Positions 9,862 through 19,348 of a stretch of DNA of 64,000 nt are shown here, one piece after another. Numbering within the stretch: the stretch's first letter is position 1; each line of letters opens with the position of its first letter. The DNA is from a virus. The DNA lies in IMG/VR virus record IMGVR_UViG_3300028197_001049, positions 14,805 to 78,804 of that record. One strand, written 5' to 3'. The notes under the pieces were generated by a model. That model was given only the letters and a program-made list of their open reading frames with translations. It ran no database searches and was not told where the DNA came from. The translations under genes and the position numbers were made by a program.

Positions 9862-9895
9862 AAAAAAATACCCTAGTTTCCTAAAGGTATTTATA
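9862..9895 (-). terminator. Intrinsic terminator overlapping the TATAAATA late promoter of g13
   Basis: Minus strand TATAAATACCTTTAG-GAAA-CTAGGGTATTTTTTT: a hairpin with a GAAA loop and U-tract; TATAAATA at 9888-9895. Confidence 0.7.
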
Positions 9896-9897
9896 AC

Positions 9898-10521
9898 CTA
9901 TACTCCTTCGCCAGTTTTCCAGAACATTGCTGTAGTATTAAATGAAATTACAATCTTATGTCGGTCACATTTTTGCTCAATGGTATCATGATGTAAATTG
10001 GAATGAAATAACAGTAGTCTATTATCTTCACATTTTATTGGATACATGTTAGTGGAAAAATCATTAACATTATCTGGTTGTGCTACTGCACTAAATTTAT
10101 TAGGATCATAAAACTGTAACCAATTTTCTTCATTGGTTTGAACATAAAAAGCACCCGAAATAAAACTTCCTGGATGAGTATGGGGGAAAAGATAATTTCC
10201 TTTCTCTCCAATGTTAAACCACATTTGAGATATTTTAATATTTCTGGCAATAAACTCGTTATACCCATACGCAAGAAGAAACTCATAGATGTGTTTTTCT
10301 ACTTCTTTAGTCAGATACTTAAATGGCGGAATTCTATGGAGACTATTTTTTTCATGATGTGAAGAATGTACATTGAAATAATCATTTTGATTGAATGCAT
10401 TATCTTTCCATAAGGAATAAATTTCTTTTTTAAATTCTTCATTATAGTCAGAACAAACATCATCCGCAGCATATACTGTTTGCGGTAATATTGCGATCAA
10501 TTCACCTTTACTTGTTTTCAT
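9898..10521 (-). CDS. 2OG-Fe(II) oxygenase superfamily protein (TIGR02466-like)
   Basis: MWFN...HTHPGSFISGAFYV...LLLFHSNLHH...KIVISFN. Confidence 0.85.
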   Translation of the reverse strand: MKTSKGELIAILPQTVYAADDVCSDYNEEFKKEIYSLWKDNAFNQNDYFNVHSSHHEKNSLHRIPPFKYLTKEVEKHIYEFLLAYGYNEFIARNIKISQMWFNIGEKGNYLFPHTHPGSFISGAFYVQTNEENWLQFYDPNKFSAVAQPDNVNDFSTNMYPIKCEDNRLLLFHSNLHHDTIEQKCDRHKIVISFNTTAMFWKTGEGV

Positions 10522-10808
10522 TCATTATCCTCATTATTATTAATCATATCATATTCTTCTTTATATTCAACTTCTTCCAGAAACCAATGTTTTGCAGATG
10601 CGAGGTTGTCAAAAACTTTTACTTGATCTTGAAACTCACACCAAAATAAAAGATTTTCTGGAATCTCTTTATTATCTACAGGTGGGAGATCTTCTTCTGG
10701 AGAACCTTCATCAATGAAAGCGTCAATAACCATGTGAGTTTTTTCACCCCATTTCTTTTCAAGTTCTTCAATAACTTGATATAGGGGGATATCCGTATCA
10801 ATGCTCAT
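10518..10808 (-). CDS. Acidic hypothetical protein
   Basis: Likely start MSIDTDIP at 10808; the longer track ORF overlaps the divergent promoter and gene. ATGA overlap with the downstream oxygenase. Confidence 0.7.
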   Translation of the reverse strand: MSIDTDIPLYQVIEELEKKWGEKTHMVIDAFIDEGSPEEDLPPVDNKEIPENLLFWCEFQDQVKVFDNLASAKHWFLEEVEYKEEYDMINNNEDNE

Positions 10809-10849
10809 TTTAACTGGTAATAAATAAAACTGACACAATATATAGTCAC

Positions 10850-10877
10850 TTGATTTGAGTGAAAAATGTGTTATAAT
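10850..10877 (+). promoter_or_regulatory. Sigma70-type promoter for the + strand island
   Basis: TTGATT-N16-TATAAT with an extended -10 (TGnTATAAT), 23 nt before the ATG at 10901. Confidence 0.7.
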
Positions 10878-10900
10878 GTAGTGTATGTACGACAAAAACA

Positions 10901-11332
10901 ATGAGCATTCAAATTTTACTTCTTGAAACCGGCGAGTCTGTAATTGCAGATGTAAGAGAAGCACTTGATCCAGGCGAAAATAAATCTTTGGGGTATTTGG
11001 TTGATCAACCCTATGAAGTAAGAGTATCAATGAATCAAAGAATTAATACTGAAGATATTGATGATGCGAATCTTGAAAATTCTTCTTCTGTTGAATTTAG
11101 AGCGTGGGCACCATTATCTGCTGAAAGAACTTATCGTTTTACTGAGGATTTTGTTCGTTGTATCTATAAACCACATGAAGAAGTTGTGGGTCAATATTTT
11201 GAGATTCTTCAAAAATGGCAAGCAGCAAATACAAAAACCGTTTATCCTGAGAAATCTTTAACTAATACATCACCTTTCATTGGAAATGAATCTGAAGATC
11301 CATCACAAGCATTAGTTTCAGAATCTAACTGA
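10901..11332 (+). CDS. Hypothetical protein (T4-like phage Sm-like fold candidate)
   Basis: LLLETGESVIADV..., GYLVDQPYEV, WAPLS...; first gene after the promoter. Confidence 0.75.
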   Translation: MSIQILLLETGESVIADVREALDPGENKSLGYLVDQPYEVRVSMNQRINTEDIDDANLENSSSVEFRAWAPLSAERTYRFTEDFVRCIYKPHEEVVGQYFEILQKWQAANTKTVYPEKSLTNTSPFIGNESEDPSQALVSESN

Positions 11333-11343
11333 GGAATATAAAA

Positions 11344-12183
11344 ATGGCATTAATTGATACCATCAACATTTTTGATAACTTAAATAATCTTAGAGCAAAT
11401 AACGAAAATTATGAAGTTGAAGACTACGACGATTATGTTGTAGTTGATAACTTTGCGTTTGATATTCAAAAGTTTGAATCATCGCTTTTAAAATTTCCAT
11501 TTGATGTCGGTCATCAAGTTGCAGAAATTTTATATGAACATAGTGATGATAAACAAGAATTTAGAAGACCCGACCTGGGTGCAATTCAACTATATCCTAA
11601 TCATTACTTTGATAACTACATCAGAAACATTCATGAGATTTTAGTTGATACTGAGTATGTTCCAACTACATTGGAAGGTCAATATTATAATCAGGAATAC
11701 TATCAATTTCTGACTACGACTGCTTTAATTAATGGTCATTTAATGTATGAGGGCATGATTATCAATGAAAATGCAAATTTTCCTTGCCCTGAAAGTGGAG
11801 AGTATACCGCTACTTTAATGTTTGACAACGATACTGAAGATCATAAAATTGGACTAAATTTCTGGAATTTCCAATATGAGGACAAATCATATAGTGGTAC
11901 TAGTGAGATTATGCTAGAAGAAGAAGAACTCCAAAGAGAAATTCAAGATGTTTTAAACTTGAAGTGTATGGTAAATAATGATCTCGTTAAATATGAAGAA
12001 GTGAAAGACCATCCTATGTTTAAAAAAGCTCATTATATTCCATCTAAAAGAAACCGACTTGTTATCTGGAAAAGTGATAAATTCACTACCCCACAATTTA
12101 CAGAAAATGAAAGGTATACTTTTACTTGTTCTTTTGCAACTCCCCAATGTCAGCAGCAACAACAACAGCATTACGAAGAATAA
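11344..12183 (+). CDS. Degenerate 2OG-oxygenase-fold (DUF6445-like) protein
   Basis: VVVDNF, G.NFW, YIPSKRNRLVIWKS and ERYT parallel the downstream paralogue, but HxD...H is missing; GAGG RBS. Confidence 0.65.
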   Translation: MALIDTINIFDNLNNLRANNENYEVEDYDDYVVVDNFAFDIQKFESSLLKFPFDVGHQVAEILYEHSDDKQEFRRPDLGAIQLYPNHYFDNYIRNIHEILVDTEYVPTTLEGQYYNQEYYQFLTTTALINGHLMYEGMIINENANFPCPESGEYTATLMFDNDTEDHKIGLNFWNFQYEDKSYSGTSEIMLEEEELQREIQDVLNLKCMVNNDLVKYEEVKDHPMFKKAHYIPSKRNRLVIWKSDKFTTPQFTENERYTFTCSFATPQCQQQQQQHYEE

Positions 12184-12992
12184 CCCTAGATAAATTTTCT
12201 AGATATACTTCTAAAGAGTTAGAAGAGATATGTGAATTTAATCCTGATATGGAAGTAGAACTTCATAAACATGAAGGAGGAAAATATCTTAGAATAAAAA
12301 ATGTTTTGAAAAGACCTGATGATCTTGCAGAGTTTTGTTCAAAATTTCCATGTCAGGACAGAAATAAATCAATTGAACTTGGTCAATCATCTGCGGTAAA
12401 AAGTAAAGCTCCAGGGTTTCAACAACCAATTGATGACATTTACCTGACTAAATTGAATAGTCAAGTTGCTAAAGTTGGAAGGGATAATAAACTTTTTAAG
12501 TATAGTTTAAATGATATTAGATTTAGAAACTATACTAATTGCTGCTACCCTAGCATGAAATCAATTGGCAAGAATTATATGCCGCATGTTGATTATTTTT
12601 CAATTGCTGCAAATTTTTACCTGACTGATGTAAAAAATACAGGAACTTCTTTTTATAAAATTAATACTAAAACAAATCCAATTTATACTGATGATGATCT
12701 TAGCAGAAGATTAAACGAACCTGATATTAAAGAAGTATATGATAAAATTATTTCTAGTAAATCATTTCCACCCTCATGTTTAACTCAGGAAAAATATGAT
12801 GAACTTATGCTTGAAGATGATGTAGTTGAAGACTGGGTTCACTGGAGTGGTAATGATATTTGGTCTAGATATCTTTACATCCCTGCTGAATATAATTCTT
12901 GTTTAATGTATCGCGGCAAAATTTGGCATACAATTACATATGATCCTACAGTTGAAGATGTTAGATATTCTTTAGTTTCTGTAATTAGATAA
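12147..12992 (+). CDS. 2OG-Fe(II) oxygenase-fold protein (DUF6445-like)
   Basis: PHVD...AANFYL...GTSFY...YNSCLMYRGKIWH...RYS. Start uncertain (ATG at 12147 chosen). Confidence 0.75.
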   Translation: MSAATTTALRRITLDKFSRYTSKELEEICEFNPDMEVELHKHEGGKYLRIKNVLKRPDDLAEFCSKFPCQDRNKSIELGQSSAVKSKAPGFQQPIDDIYLTKLNSQVAKVGRDNKLFKYSLNDIRFRNYTNCCYPSMKSIGKNYMPHVDYFSIAANFYLTDVKNTGTSFYKINTKTNPIYTDDDLSRRLNEPDIKEVYDKIISSKSFPPSCLTQEKYDELMLEDDVVEDWVHWSGNDIWSRYLYIPAEYNSCLMYRGKIWHTITYDPTVEDVRYSLVSVIR

Positions 12993-12993
12993 T

Positions 12994-13028
12994 AAAAAAG
13001 GGAGGTCGTAAGACCCCCCTCTTTTTTT
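12994..13028. terminator. Bidirectional intrinsic terminator
   Basis: AAAAAA-GGGAGGTC-GTAA-GACCCCCC-TCTTTTTTT between convergent genes. Confidence 0.85.
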
Positions 13029-13040
13029 ATGAATCTGATA

Positions 13041-13334
13041 TCAGACCCATTCACCTCTATTCAATTTGTTACCTGGACCTGATGCGATACCATTCCAAAG
13101 TTCAAGAAGTTTTGATACCTGAACTTTATTATGAAGATGGGTTACATCATCTCTCCAACCTGAACGCATTTGGAGTGCATATTCAACTGCATCCAAATAC
13201 TTAGTTTTAGCAGCTTCTGCAGCTGCCTCATCTTCTATATCTCTAAAAGTCCAATCTACTTGATTGAGAAGGGACTCAAGTCCCGCAAAAGTGCGGGACT
13301 GATCTGTGATTGCATTAAGAATACGATCAGCCAT
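13041..13334 (-). CDS. Hypothetical protein
   Basis: 97-aa ORF with an AGGAG RBS, directly after the 1907-aa structural gene. Confidence 0.75.
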   Translation of the reverse strand: MADRILNAITDQSRTFAGLESLLNQVDWTFRDIEDEAAAEAAKTKYLDAVEYALQMRSGWRDDVTHLHNKVQVSKLLELWNGIASGPGNKLNRGEWV

Positions 13335-13352
13335 TGTAGTGTTTCTCCTAAA

Positions 13353-16300
13353 TTATGCTTGTGATTCCTTCCAGGTTACCCTTGCGGATACTGAATAAGG
13401 ATTGTTGATGCTAACGTCCGATGAGTCAACAACGTTTGCGATGATAGTCAGAATATCTGGTCCGTTAGGGAAGGTTCCGTCACCACCAAGAATTGAGTTG
13501 CCAAGGTCAGAGATGTCGGTAAGATCAAAGTTAGTTGCCTGCGTTTGACCATTACCAGCACCTGCCGCTCTCAGCGATAGAATTCCTGAACCACCTGAGA
13601 TAATATCATCAGGCGCGTGCTTGACAAGTTGACATAGTGAAGGTTCCTGAACATTCTGATATGCGTCAGTATTTAATTGAGCATTCAGTTTCAAAGTAAG
13701 TTCTGTATCATGAGTTGTCAAGATACCCAAGGAAGAAAGCGACAATTGCATTCTGTTGATAATTTCTCTTTCTCCCAGTGCGCCCGTGATTGATGAGTCA
13801 ACCGAAGGTGCAAGTCTAATAGAGATCAGAGGAATATCAGTTGGAATTGAGTTGTCAGTTCCAGAAGGAGCACCAACACCGAAAGTGGTACTACTGTTAA
13901 CAGCAGGATTACCTATCTTAGTGTTGATAACACTAGCATAGTTCCATGGGAACTCTTCAGTAGTACCTTCAAGATATTGAATATAAACAAAGTGTGTACT
14001 GCCTGATGTACGAGTTCTTGGGTCAATTGCTCTACCGTCAGCGAAGTAACCGCTCGCGGCACTAGAATGGAAGATCAGTGAGTTGGAAGGTAGACTACCT
14101 GCATCACTAGATGCGAATGGAATTCTGATAAAGAATTTCCTATTATACCAAGAAGACCACTCTGACTGAATAGTAGAGTTGGAATTTGTATTAACGTCAA
14201 CAGCAGTTGCGTTAGTAAACTTCTGGACATTACCAGCAGCGGTGAACAGATACGCTTCGTCATCCTGATACATACCATCCATAATAACTGAAGTACCCCA
14301 GTGGAACAGAGTTCCAGTGAATGTTGGGGATGAACTATTTTCAATTTCATAACGTGCAGGCAAGTTACCTGAACGGAAATAAGATTCTGTCAATTTGTTA
14401 TTATGCTTGAATTGATGGACATACTTGACATGACCGTTTTGATCTTTGAATCCAAAACGAATCTTACCAGCACCATACCAGGAATAATCCATGTAGCACA
14501 TCTGAATCTTAGTAATATCCAGAGTGTATCCAGAAGGACCATCACCATCTGCTTTATCAAGGTTCCACTCGGCTTGTGGTACTTTCGTATCTACAGTCTT
14601 AGTACAGATAACCTCACTTGTAGTGATGCCGCGATAAGAAGGTTGAACTGTGAGTTGAGTGTTACTGGTTACTTTAACAACCCTGTAAGTCATGCCACGA
14701 ACAACAATATTTTCACCCTCAATAATTTCTGATGTAAATTTAGTATCAGTACCAATAATAATATTAGAATTATTCTCAACAGAGACTAAACCAGGAAGTT
14801 GAAGAACTGAACTTCTTCTTACACAGTTAATGGTGTTGCCATCAAACTCATAGTAGAAACCATTTTGCTCATCAAACATACCTGCGCGAATATCGCAACC
14901 AGACCAGTTAAGAACTTGTGCTTGTGGGAATCCGCCAGAAGAGGAAATTGCAGGTGTTGATTCAAGAAGATATTGGAATCTGAATTCATCAATAACTGTA
15001 TTGACGAATGACTCGTTATTGAATGCAACGTCATCAGAATTAATGACTTTCATCTTCAGACCTACAGTAAAGTTATGTGGTTTAGAACATCTTACTTCAC
15101 CAAGAATTAATTGATGGAATGTAATTGTTGTGCCACTAATAGGTGCAGTTAAAGCATTAGAAATGACAACTGTTGTTGCATTTTTAATTTGCGAAATTCT
15201 AGTTCCAGATACAATACTTGCTGATCCAGTTACGAACATATGAAGTTCATATACACTTGAGTCAGCAACTGTAAGTTCAGTACTATTCTGCGCCGCGCTA
15301 ATAGCCTCAGATGCAGTAGCCTTTGGACCAGTTACATAAGTAAGATCCAAAATTGGTGTCAGAGGAATAAAGTTGATCGCATATGAAGTCTGGATACCTT
15401 TACCTGACTGATAACGGAAGTACTTACGAGTCTGTCTAGAGATTCTAGAGTTAGGTGACTTAGAAGTACCGATTTCCATACCACCATCAAATGGTCTATG
15501 GAGATAGAATCCATCAGGACGTACATAGATGTAAGAAGGAATCAGATAAACGATGCTAGAACCAGTAAAGTCTAAGTCAATATCTACTAGCAGGTTGTCG
15601 TCATCTGTAACTGCAGTAATTTTTCTTTCAATAATTACACCAGGAGTTGTTGCTGGGTTTACAATTCTCAGTACATCTCCAATTTTGAAGAATCTTTGGA
15701 ATGCAGAACTAGAACCAATAATTTTTCTACTACCTGATTCAACAGTCAGACTACCAGGACCAGTAACTTCTCCCGAAAGATTACTACTGATCAACTTATG
15801 GAAACCGCTACCAGAAGAAATTGTAATATTTACTGGAGGAGCAGCAAGTGCATCCGCCTCAGTATCACAGATTTCAATCGTATTATGATCAATTTGAGAA
15901 ACAAAGTAATCTTTGCCATCAGTAAGACCAGAAATTGCAGTGTTACCACCAGCATCATAGATTACCTTAGTACCAGATCCAAAGAAATGGTTATTGATAG
16001 TAATCTGATTGTTGGCAATGTTAGATCCAGCATTGAAACTCTTATTAGTTGGTGGAATCTTGAATGGAATTGTGACTTGAAGTTCAGTCTCACTGACTGC
16101 TTTAGTTGTGGTATAAGAACCATCAACAACACCAAAATCAGCAGTTGTGTTCTCAAATGTGTGAGAACCAGTACCTTGTGATGTTATATCAATAATTGAT
16201 CCACCTTGAGATGCCGCTAATTGGAATCTGTTTCCAGTGATAGGATAAACATAGTAGGAAGTTCCATTAGTTAATCCACCAATCTCAGTACCAGTTGTAT

Positions 16301-19076
16301 CATACTTAAGAAGTTCACCAGCAGAGAACTGGTTATTTGCAATAAAGATGCTATCAGCAAATGGGTTATTGATAACGGCAGTAAATCCAATCGTACCATC
16401 AATACCAGCAAGTCTTAATGGTGAAGCACCTGTACTTGTTTTAATTCTAAATCGGTTAGAATCAATTTTGTCCATATACCAAACGGTGCCAGCACTGTAA
16501 GTACTTCTATTACCAGCATTATTATAGTAATAGTGAATATTACCACTACCAGATTGGGTTGCACTTGAATTTGTTACCAAACCATGATTTTCTGCATAGA
16601 AACTATCATTAGTGGACGTGTTTCTCTTAGCCAACATAATATACATGTTGGTTTGTCCATCAGAATTAGGACCATTGAAACTACGGTTCAGAGTACTACC
16701 ATGTCCAACGTTATGATACCAGTGGAAGTGCGTTGATCCTCTGATTCTAAAGTTTTGTCCACTACTTTCGTGCTGAGTATAGAAGTTATCAGTCCAGTAA
16801 GTTTTTACGTTATTTCCGTTACCATTACCAGTAGTATATCCATGACTATGATTACCATTATTCTGCCCGTTTACACCCTGGTTTTCGTGGTCAGTAAGGA
16901 AGTCATATGTTCCTTGCCATTGAGACGTTCCAAGAGGAAGAGATTGATGGTGGTAACCATAGGTTTGCCAGAAAGTTCCATAATATTGACGCCATGACCA
17001 GTTATACCAGTACCAGTTAGAACTTGCACCAAAACCAGGACCAGGAGAGTTTCCACTACCTTGTCTGTTAGTACTAAAGTGAACCGTGAGATCCCAGTTC
17101 TGTCTACCTAATCCATAGTTACTGTCAATGTTACTGAAATCCCAACCAGAATAAGTATTACCAAAGATATAATAAGTACGGAGATATGTATACCACTGAC
17201 TATATGCTTTATATTCTTCATAGATGTTATAAACAAGACCTACATTGTGGTTACCAAAAGTAAACGTACCACCAGTGGAAAGGTTTTGAGTATAATTCAA
17301 TCTCATACTGTGATTCAGTTTGAAATTGTTATCATCAATTTTTTGAATATAATAAACCTGCATTCTAGCCAAACCAGCAATAGGAGTATCTCCTGGGTTT
17401 GGATAGTAAAGAACAGCAGCTTTATCATGGAATCCGTGACTATCAATATTAATAGTATCAGTACTATAATTAATATCGGACTCATCAAATCTCTTAGTAT
17501 AAGTAGATTCGTAGTTATAAGGTACTACTTTTGTTTCATCAACATCAAGCACACCAGATGCTTGAGCTAATGTTTCAACAATCTCATTAGCAATTCCTGT
17601 TCCTTGCCAACCGTTAACATTTCCTGGTTCGTCTGCTGTTGAATCGGGAATCTCCAGAACTTTTGGAGAAACGGTATTTACAAAGTAGAAGTTAGTATCA
17701 TCAGCAAAACCATGCTCATACTTAGTTGTAAGCATGACTTTGGTTTGAGTCGCATAACTAATGACCGCATAATCTCCCATTCCTTGGTGATTAACACAGT
17801 TATACCATAAGTTATTGTAACTTGGACTAGAACTAGTGACATAAACTCTAGTATATGCTCCAGCTGAACCGGCAGTTCCAGATACATAGACATATTGAGA
17901 CAATACATTACCAGCATTACCGGCTGATGTAACATCTTGGGCATCAGCAAACTCAAGTTGATGAGTCGTGTTGGTGCTGCTTGACTGATCAAACACATAG
18001 ATAGCACCTCTAGCAAGATCTAGTCTAGGTGTAAGAACCTCATCAATAAAATACTTATTAGAAGTAGTTCCAACACCGCCAGCTGCGATTACATAATCAA
18101 TTTCAGTACCTTGAATATCAACCGTGTCGCCATCTGTGAAAGTGCCCGATGCATTTGCAATGGTGAGTAAGGTTGATCCACCAGCATAACCACCACTACT
18201 ATCTCCACCAACAGCAACAACTGTTGCTAGTGCCCCACCACTTGTAGACAAGGGAGTATTGATAGTAATATCAGCACCAAGATCAGCAGTTACTGTAAGT
18301 ACCTGTACAGGTTTGACTGTTACAACTTTTTCAAAATAATCTGATGTAATACCTTTAGAAGCACTCAAATTAACTTGAGAACCTTGGAAGAATTGTCCCG
18401 GAATAATAGAAGTATAAGTACCTTGCAATAGTGTAGTTGCAGGTTGATTAGCTCTTGCTTTATATGTAAATGTTGTGGTGCTTGGTACTGATTGAATTAG
18501 ATATGCACCTTCAGCGGTTACCGAGCTAAGACCAGTAACTGTGATGGGAACACCAACTTGTAAATTGTGATCATACTGTGTAGTAACAGTAATAATTTCA
18601 CTATCAAGAATCGCCCCTACTGTGTCAATGAACGGAATAGTAGTATCAGCGGTAGATGCATAGAACGAAGGAATATTGTTAATCGTCTGAAGTGTTTCCC
18701 ACTTAGATGATTGTGGACCGTATTCAAAGTCAGTATCAATCAGGTTTTCTGGGTTGGATACTCTAAATTTTGAAACAGCGTCAACATAAGTCTCGGAAGG
18801 CTCAATATTAACGTAATCTTTTTCGTAGAAAATCTGCAGTTCATCAGAGGCATTCATGCTGCCTGTTGCAAAATTAATGATGAAAGTAGTTTCATCGCTA
18901 GCTGTATCATAAGTTCTTGAGTCCAAACCCAAGGAATTGTCACTAAAACTATAGATGTTTACATTATCAGTAACGTTAGTGATCAGCAGCAGCCTTGTTG
19001 ATGCGATATTACCCTTTACCTTTACAGACCTAGCGGCTGGATCAAAGGTGTAATAGTGGATTAGTTTCTTTGCCAT
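13353..19076 (-). CDS. Large virion structural protein (1907 aa; beta-barrel repeats, cupredoxin-like module)
   Basis: N-terminus YTFDP...LLLITNVTDN; LIDTDFEYG.Q..KWE; RQTRKYFRYQSGKG; MDYSWYGAG.IRFG; repeated HGF/HNF...V.Y...I.GL..YYV beta-barrels typical of cyanomyophage virion proteins. Confidence 0.8.
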   Translation of the reverse strand: MAKKLIHYYTFDPAARSVKVKGNIASTRLLLITNVTDNVNIYSFSDNSLGLDSRTYDTASDETTFIINFATGSMNASDELQIFYEKDYVNIEPSETYVDAVSKFRVSNPENLIDTDFEYGPQSSKWETLQTINNIPSFYASTADTTIPFIDTVGAILDSEIITVTTQYDHNLQVGVPITVTGLSSVTAEGAYLIQSVPSTTTFTYKARANQPATTLLQGTYTSIIPGQFFQGSQVNLSASKGITSDYFEKVVTVKPVQVLTVTADLGADITINTPLSTSGGALATVVAVGGDSSGGYAGGSTLLTIANASGTFTDGDTVDIQGTEIDYVIAAGGVGTTSNKYFIDEVLTPRLDLARGAIYVFDQSSSTNTTHQLEFADAQDVTSAGNAGNVLSQYVYVSGTAGSAGAYTRVYVTSSSPSYNNLWYNCVNHQGMGDYAVISYATQTKVMLTTKYEHGFADDTNFYFVNTVSPKVLEIPDSTADEPGNVNGWQGTGIANEIVETLAQASGVLDVDETKVVPYNYESTYTKRFDESDINYSTDTINIDSHGFHDKAAVLYYPNPGDTPIAGLARMQVYYIQKIDDNNFKLNHSMRLNYTQNLSTGGTFTFGNHNVGLVYNIYEEYKAYSQWYTYLRTYYIFGNTYSGWDFSNIDSNYGLGRQNWDLTVHFSTNRQGSGNSPGPGFGASSNWYWYNWSWRQYYGTFWQTYGYHHQSLPLGTSQWQGTYDFLTDHENQGVNGQNNGNHSHGYTTGNGNGNNVKTYWTDNFYTQHESSGQNFRIRGSTHFHWYHNVGHGSTLNRSFNGPNSDGQTNMYIMLAKRNTSTNDSFYAENHGLVTNSSATQSGSGNIHYYYNNAGNRSTYSAGTVWYMDKIDSNRFRIKTSTGASPLRLAGIDGTIGFTAVINNPFADSIFIANNQFSAGELLKYDTTGTEIGGLTNGTSYYVYPITGNRFQLAASQGGSIIDITSQGTGSHTFENTTADFGVVDGSYTTTKAVSETELQVTIPFKIPPTNKSFNAGSNIANNQITINNHFFGSGTKVIYDAGGNTAISGLTDGKDYFVSQIDHNTIEICDTEADALAAPPVNITISSGSGFHKLISSNLSGEVTGPGSLTVESGSRKIIGSSSAFQRFFKIGDVLRIVNPATTPGVIIERKITAVTDDDNLLVDIDLDFTGSSIVYLIPSYIYVRPDGFYLHRPFDGGMEIGTSKSPNSRISRQTRKYFRYQSGKGIQTSYAINFIPLTPILDLTYVTGPKATASEAISAAQNSTELTVADSSVYELHMFVTGSASIVSGTRISQIKNATTVVISNALTAPISGTTITFHQLILGEVRCSKPHNFTVGLKMKVINSDDVAFNNESFVNTVIDEFRFQYLLESTPAISSSGGFPQAQVLNWSGCDIRAGMFDEQNGFYYEFDGNTINCVRRSSVLQLPGLVSVENNSNIIIGTDTKFTSEIIEGENIVVRGMTYRVVKVTSNTQLTVQPSYRGITTSEVICTKTVDTKVPQAEWNLDKADGDGPSGYTLDITKIQMCYMDYSWYGAGKIRFGFKDQNGHVKYVHQFKHNNKLTESYFRSGNLPARYEIENSSSPTFTGTLFHWGTSVIMDGMYQDDEAYLFTAAGNVQKFTNATAVDVNTNSNSTIQSEWSSWYNRKFFIRIPFASSDAGSLPSNSLIFHSSAASGYFADGRAIDPRTRTSGSTHFVYIQYLEGTTEEFPWNYASVINTKIGNPAVNSSTTFGVGAPSGTDNSIPTDIPLISIRLAPSVDSSITGALGEREIINRMQLSLSSLGILTTHDTELTLKLNAQLNTDAYQNVQEPSLCQLVKHAPDDIISGGSGILSLRAAGAGNGQTQATNFDLTDISDLGNSILGGDGTFPNGPDILTIIANVVDSSDVSINNPYSVSARVTWKESQA

Positions 19077-19117
19077 TTGTTAATTTCCTTACAAGGTTAT
19101 GTTTATACTTCTAAAAA

Positions 19118-19306
19118 TCAGAGACCAAACGCCACTGCCATGGCAAGAAGTCCTTGTCTAGTAGCAAGCTCATGTCCTCCAGACTTCACTCCGTCATGAA
19201 CAACAGCCGTCGCTTTAGTGGTATCAACTGTGATTTCTCCTTCCGCACCAATAAAGGTACTGTGTTGAGCAGTTGTTCCTCTTCGGAATTGTACTTGAGT
19301 AGTCAT
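19118..19306 (-). CDS. Stand-alone Mtd_N-like (major tropism determinant N-terminal) domain protein
   Basis: QVQFRRGTTAQH..F.GAEGEI.VDTT....VVHDG...GG. Confidence 0.8.
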   Translation of the reverse strand: MTTQVQFRRGTTAQHSTFIGAEGEITVDTTKATAVVHDGVKSGGHELATRQGLLAMAVAFGL

Positions 19307-19333
19307 TCTATTAAGCTAGAGATTTTCTTCTTT

Positions 19334-19341
19334 TATTTATA
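19334..19341 (-). promoter_or_regulatory. Late promoter
   Basis: TATAAATA about 28 nt before the ATG at 19306. Confidence 0.75.
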
Positions 19342-19348
19342 CAAATAA

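Noticed and set aside
10809-11030. N-terminal extension of the 170-aa track ORF (10518-11030)
   Set aside because: It overlaps the divergent promoter and the + strand gene; the ATG at 10808 is the plausible start.
19076-19120. Stop readthrough fusing Mtd_N to the 1907-aa protein
   Set aside because: An in-frame TAA follows five codons after the TGA, and the downstream gene has its own AAGGA RBS.
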